This document shows positions 55,450-59,090 of a DNA stretch of 59,090 bases, piece after piece; within the stretch, counting starts at the first letter, position 1; every line of letters starts with the position of its first letter. The position numbers and the translations under genes are program-made. Below the pieces are notes generated by a model. That model was not told the DNA's origin. It was given only the letters and a program-made list of their open reading frames with translations, and ran no database searches. Location: the NCBI GenBank assembly GCA_028823885.1, contig JAPPFK010000051.1, positions 1 through 59,090 of the forward strand. The letters are read 5' to 3'. The stretch comes from Rhodospirillales bacterium (GTDB taxonomy: Bacteria; Pseudomonadota; Alphaproteobacteria; Rhodospirillales; UBA2165).

Positions 55450-56388
55450 ATGAATGACGCGGTAAAAGGACATCGAATCGGGTGGATCGGCGCCGGGCGC
55501 ATGGGATTCCCCATGGCAACCCGGCTGATCGAAGCGGGAGCCGACGTCGCGGTCTGGAACCGAACCCGATCCAAGGCGGAACCCCTGGCCGGGAAAGGCG
55601 CCACCGTCGTCGACGGCATCCAGGACCTCGCCGATCGAGACATCGTCTTCACCATGGTCACGGGACCCGAGCAATTCGTCGCCGTGACGCTGGGGGACGG
55701 CGGCCTGCTCACCGGCGGGACGACGCCCAAACTGCTCGTCGACTGCTCCACCATCTCCGAGGAGGCGTCCTGGGAGGTCCGGGAAGTCGCGGACAAGGTC
55801 GGCACGGCCATGCTGGACTGCCCGGTGAGCGGCAACAACAAGGCGGTCGAGGCGGGCGCGCTGACGCTGGTCGCGTCCGGCGACGAGAAGGACTATCGGA
55901 CCGCCCTGCCCTATCTGCAGGCGCTTGGCCGCGGCGTGACCTATGCCGGCGAGGGCACCGGCGCGCGGATCGTCAAAATCTGTCACAACGTCTACCTCGG
56001 CGTGATGACCCAGGCGCTCGCCGAGGTGCTGATCATGGCCGAGAAAAACGGCGTCAAGCGAAGCGCCACCATGGAGTTTCTGAACAAGGCCTCGGTGGGG
56101 TCGATGTTTACCCGCTACAAGACCGGCGCGCTGGTGAATCTGGATTTCACCCCGACATTCACCAACCCGCTGCTGTTGAAGGACCTGGATTTGGGCCTGT
56201 CGGCGGGCCGCAAGCACGCGGTGCCCATGCCGGTTTCGTCTCTCACCCGGGAGATCGTCCAGAACGCCATCGGCCAGGGTCACACGGAGGATGACTTCGC
56301 CTCCATCATCCAGGTACAGGCGGAAAACGCCGGCCACGAGCTGGTGTCGGAAAATCTTGAAGAGCTTCCCGGGATGACAGACGACTAG
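55450..56388 (+). CDS. HIBADH/6-PGDH-type NAD(P)-dependent dehydrogenase, paralogue 1
   Basis: IGWIGAGRMGFPMATRL (Rossmann fold), DCPVSGN, and KICHNVYLG. Confidence 0.85.
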   Translation: MNDAVKGHRIGWIGAGRMGFPMATRLIEAGADVAVWNRTRSKAEPLAGKGATVVDGIQDLADRDIVFTMVTGPEQFVAVTLGDGGLLTGGTTPKLLVDCSTISEEASWEVREVADKVGTAMLDCPVSGNNKAVEAGALTLVASGDEKDYRTALPYLQALGRGVTYAGEGTGARIVKICHNVYLGVMTQALAEVLIMAEKNGVKRSATMEFLNKASVGSMFTRYKTGALVNLDFTPTFTNPLLLKDLDLGLSAGRKHAVPMPVSSLTREIVQNAIGQGHTEDDFASIIQVQAENAGHELVSENLEELPGMTDD

Positions 56389-56395
56389 CCAAAAT

Positions 56396-57418
56396 TCAGG
56401 CCGGCTTGCCGGTCGACTTGCGGAGGATCAGTTCGGGCGTCATCTTGACGGACCTGGGCGGGGTTTCGGGGTCCTCGATCTGCTCCAGGAGAATGCGGGC
56501 CGCCTCCGCGCCTATATCCAGCAGCGGCGAATGCATGGTCGTCAGCGGCGGATCGAACTTGCTTGAAAACAGCATGTCGTCATACCCGACGACCGAGATA
56601 TCCCTGCCGCAAACCAACCCCTTGGTTTGAAGTTCGTCGTAGATCCCGATGGCGATCATGTCATTGGCGGCGACAATCGCCGTGAAGTCCCGTCCCGAAG
56701 CGAGCAGCCGGCTGGCCGCCCGCCGGCCTTCTTCCTCGGTGAACGCGTCACAGAACTCGACCAGCCCGGCATCGTACTCGAGATTGTTGGCGTTCAGTCC
56801 GCGCACATAACCCTGGTGGCGCTCGAAGCCGGTCGACAGCTCCTGGGGCCCCGCAATGCAGGCAACCCGCCGATGACCGAGCTGCGCCAGATGAGACACA
56901 ATGGTCTCGCCGCCGGTCACCTCGTCGCTGACCACCGAGGATATGCCGGAATTCGTGGTCCTTCGAACCGCCAGAACCAAGGGCGTCCCTTCGGCGCGGC
57001 ATTCATCGATCAGCGGGTCGTGGCGGCGCGCCGTGGCGATGACGAGGCCATCCACATGACGCTCGCGAAACTTGGCGACGTTCCTGCGTTCGCGCTCGGC
57101 GACATTGTCGGTATTGGCGACCATCACGCTGTAGCCCGACGCCTCGAGCACATTGTCGATGCCCTTGATGATGGGCGCGAACGCCGGGTTGGTGAGGTCC
57201 GGAACCAGGACGCCGACCGTGAACGACCGATTGGTCCTGAGGCTGTAGGCAAAGGGATTGGGCCGATAGCCCATCCGGTCCGCCGCCTCGGTGATCTGAC
57301 GGGCAATTTCGCCGGTCACCATGCCGCGGGTCTTGGGATTGAGCGCGCGCGAGACCGTCGACGGATTGACCCCCACTTCCTCGGCAATATCGCGAAGCGT
57401 TACCCGGCTCGATGCCAT
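56396..57418 (-). CDS. LacI-family transcriptional regulator
   Basis: N-terminal HTH VTLRDIAEEVGVNPSTVSRALN plus a periplasmic-binding-protein-like effector domain. Confidence 0.9.
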   Translation of the reverse strand: MASSRVTLRDIAEEVGVNPSTVSRALNPKTRGMVTGEIARQITEAADRMGYRPNPFAYSLRTNRSFTVGVLVPDLTNPAFAPIIKGIDNVLEASGYSVMVANTDNVAERERRNVAKFRERHVDGLVIATARRHDPLIDECRAEGTPLVLAVRRTTNSGISSVVSDEVTGGETIVSHLAQLGHRRVACIAGPQELSTGFERHQGYVRGLNANNLEYDAGLVEFCDAFTEEEGRRAASRLLASGRDFTAIVAANDMIAIGIYDELQTKGLVCGRDISVVGYDDMLFSSKFDPPLTTMHSPLLDIGAEAARILLEQIEDPETPPRSVKMTPELILRKSTGKPA

Positions 57419-57492
57419 TGATCGTCACCCCCCGGAAAAGCGGCCCATCTATAACGGTTTTCCTTCTATTCGGGAACCTATGGTATATGCTC

Positions 57493-57506
57493 TGCAATCG
57501 TTTGCA
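57493..57506. promoter_or_regulatory. Second LacI-type operator TGCAATCGTTTGCA (one position off perfect symmetry)
   Basis: 13/14 identical to the site at 51874-51887. It lies between the LacI gene start (57418) and HIBADH paralogue 2 (57560). Confidence 0.55.
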
Positions 57507-57559
57507 CAGGTATTACCGCCCGGCGTGAAGAGGGCGGTTCTTGGAGGAGGAATGGTGTG

Positions 57560-58498
57560 ATGGCCGGAGATCTGAAGGGCTACACGGTTGGTTGGATCGG
57601 GACCGGACGCATGGGCTTCGCCATGGCGAAACGCCTGCTGCAGGCAGGCGCGGACGTCTCGGTGTGGAACCGGACCCGTTCCAAGGCAGAACCGCTCGAG
57701 GCGTTCGGCGCCGCCGTTGTCGACAATCCCTCGGACCTGGCCGACCGGGATATCGTATTCACCATGGTCGCCGGACCCCGGGACGTGATCAACGTGACCA
57801 TCGGCGACGGCGGCGTCCTGTCGGTCGAGGGCACCGTGCCGAAGCTGCTCATCGATTGTACGAGTATTTCCGAAGAGGCCTCCAAGACCGTCCGCGAGGC
57901 GGCCGCCAAACTCGGCTGCAAGATGCTCGATGCGCCGGTGAGCGGCAACGCGAAGGTCGTCACGGCGGGCAAACTGTCCATCGTGGCCTCCGGAGACAAG
58001 GATGCCTACGACATCGCCGAGCCGTTTCTCGACGCCATCGGCCGGGGCGTGACCTATGTCGGCGAGGGCGAACTCGCGCGGATGGTCAAGATCTGCCACA
58101 ACGTCCTGCTGGGCGTGGTCATCCAATCCCTCGCCGAGATCACCGTCCTGGCGGAAAAAGGCGGCGTTCCGCGGCATGCCTTCCTGGATTTCATCAACAA
58201 GAGCGTCATGGGCTCCATGTTCTCCCGATACAAGACGCCGGCGCTGGTCAATCTCGACTGGACCCCGACGTTCACGCCGGTCCTGCTGCGCAAGGATCTG
58301 GATCTGGGCCTGTCGGCGGCGCGCGAACAGGACGTGCCCATGCCGCTGGCGGCAACGACGCGGGATATCGTTCAGACGCTGATCGGCAACGGATACGTCG
58401 AGGAGGATTTCGCCACCCTGCTGGAACTGCAGGCCAAGGCCTCGGGGCTGGAACTCGAGCCTGAAAACGTCGACGTGCCGACGGGCCTCGAAGACTAG
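57560..58498 (+). CDS. HIBADH/6-PGDH-type NAD(P)-dependent dehydrogenase, paralogue 2
   Basis: The ATG follows GGAGGAGG. VGWIGTGRMGFAMAKRL. Collinear with paralogue 1 and about 60% identical by eye. Confidence 0.85.
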   Translation: MAGDLKGYTVGWIGTGRMGFAMAKRLLQAGADVSVWNRTRSKAEPLEAFGAAVVDNPSDLADRDIVFTMVAGPRDVINVTIGDGGVLSVEGTVPKLLIDCTSISEEASKTVREAAAKLGCKMLDAPVSGNAKVVTAGKLSIVASGDKDAYDIAEPFLDAIGRGVTYVGEGELARMVKICHNVLLGVVIQSLAEITVLAEKGGVPRHAFLDFINKSVMGSMFSRYKTPALVNLDWTPTFTPVLLRKDLDLGLSAAREQDVPMPLAATTRDIVQTLIGNGYVEEDFATLLELQAKASGLELEPENVDVPTGLED

Positions 58499-58520
58499 AG
58501 CCGATCTAGCCGCCTGCTCC

Positions 58521-59090
58521 TCAGTCGATGAACGAGAAAGCGGGGAAGTCCTGCCAATCGCTCCAGACCCGCGGCCCCGTGGCCAAGGGCGCGGACACGC
58601 TGTCGCACCGGCGCCGAATATTTGACAGACCGCGGGCCGTCTGGTCGTGGCAGTAGTCCGCCAGCGTCTTGCGTGAACCGAAGGCGCGGGCGTCGACGGC
58701 GGGGTGGAAGTGGATTTCCAATCTTACCCCCTCGCGCTTGAGGATATTCCACAGGTGCGGCACCAGCGTGTCGTCGCCTACCCAGGCGTAAGCGCGGCGC
58801 TCCGCGGCCGTCAGGGGCCGGCCATCCGGGTTGCGAACATAGCTGATCGTGACCGGCTGAACCGCCGCGCGGAGTCCCGGTGCAAGATTGAACGGCGCCT
58901 GAAACAACGAGCTCTTGAACGGCCGGACCGTATCGCCTTCGGTGCTGGTGGCCTCGGGGAATATGATCACGCTCCTGCGGCGCGCAACCTGCCCCGGGCC
59001 GCCAACCACGTGCATGCCCGATTTAATGTAGACGCGGAAAATGAAAATGTACCATGCAAGATTGGCAAGGTGGCCGTAAGCCGGCAAGTT
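58521..59090 (-). CDS. Lysophospholipid (1-acyl-sn-glycerol-3-phosphate) acyltransferase family protein, C-terminal part; the gene continues beyond the right edge
   Basis: Contains the FPEATSTEGD motif (FPEGT-type block III). The frame is open to the window edge. Confidence 0.65.
   Translation of the reverse strand, partial: NLPAYGHLANLAWYIFIFRVYIKSGMHVVGGPGQVARRRSVIIFPEATSTEGDTVRPFKSSLFQAPFNLAPGLRAAVQPVTISYVRNPDGRPLTAAERRAYAWVGDDTLVPHLWNILKREGVRLEIHFHPAVDARAFGSRKTLADYCHDQTARGLSNIRRRCDSVSAPLATGPRVWSDWQDFPAFSFID

Overview
This is a high-GC (roughly 60-65% by eye) alphaproteobacterial-type chromosomal segment. It starts inside the 5' end of a 16S rRNA gene on the minus strand and then runs through about 58 kb of densely packed catabolic and transport operons. 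I see no transposase, integrase, phage, CRISPR or recognisable defence genes. Recognisable content: thiolase plus a family-III CoA-transferase; a DUF1800/DUF1501 exported pair flanked by glutathione transferases; and an IclR-controlled operon (GlcG, TctCBA, Gfo/Idh/MocA, SDR, enoyl-CoA hydratase, acyl-CoA dehydrogenase, arylsulfotransferase-like propeller) convergent with a salicylyl-/2-aminobenzoyl-CoA monooxygenase-reductase-like fusion. Further along are a TAXI-TRAP transporter, dispersed homologues of the protocatechuate 4,5-cleavage lower pathway (LigI-, LigU/GalD-, LigJ-, LigK-like) with no LigAB-type dioxygenase, a peptide-type ABC importer lacking a binding protein, and an E3-less E1alpha/E1beta/E2 complex. 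The most interesting candidates are inferences, not proven systems. They are (i) three leaderless arylsulfotransferase-like paralogues wired into aromatic/CoA catabolism; (ii) a putative LacI-family regulon, defined by two near-identical TGCAATCG(A/T)TTGCA operators, linking an M24-COG0523-YciI-SDR operon, the E3-less complex and duplicated HIBADH-type dehydrogenases; and (iii) a VOC-like unknown protein divergent from a C-C hydrolase-like gene with three 13-bp tandem repeats between them.
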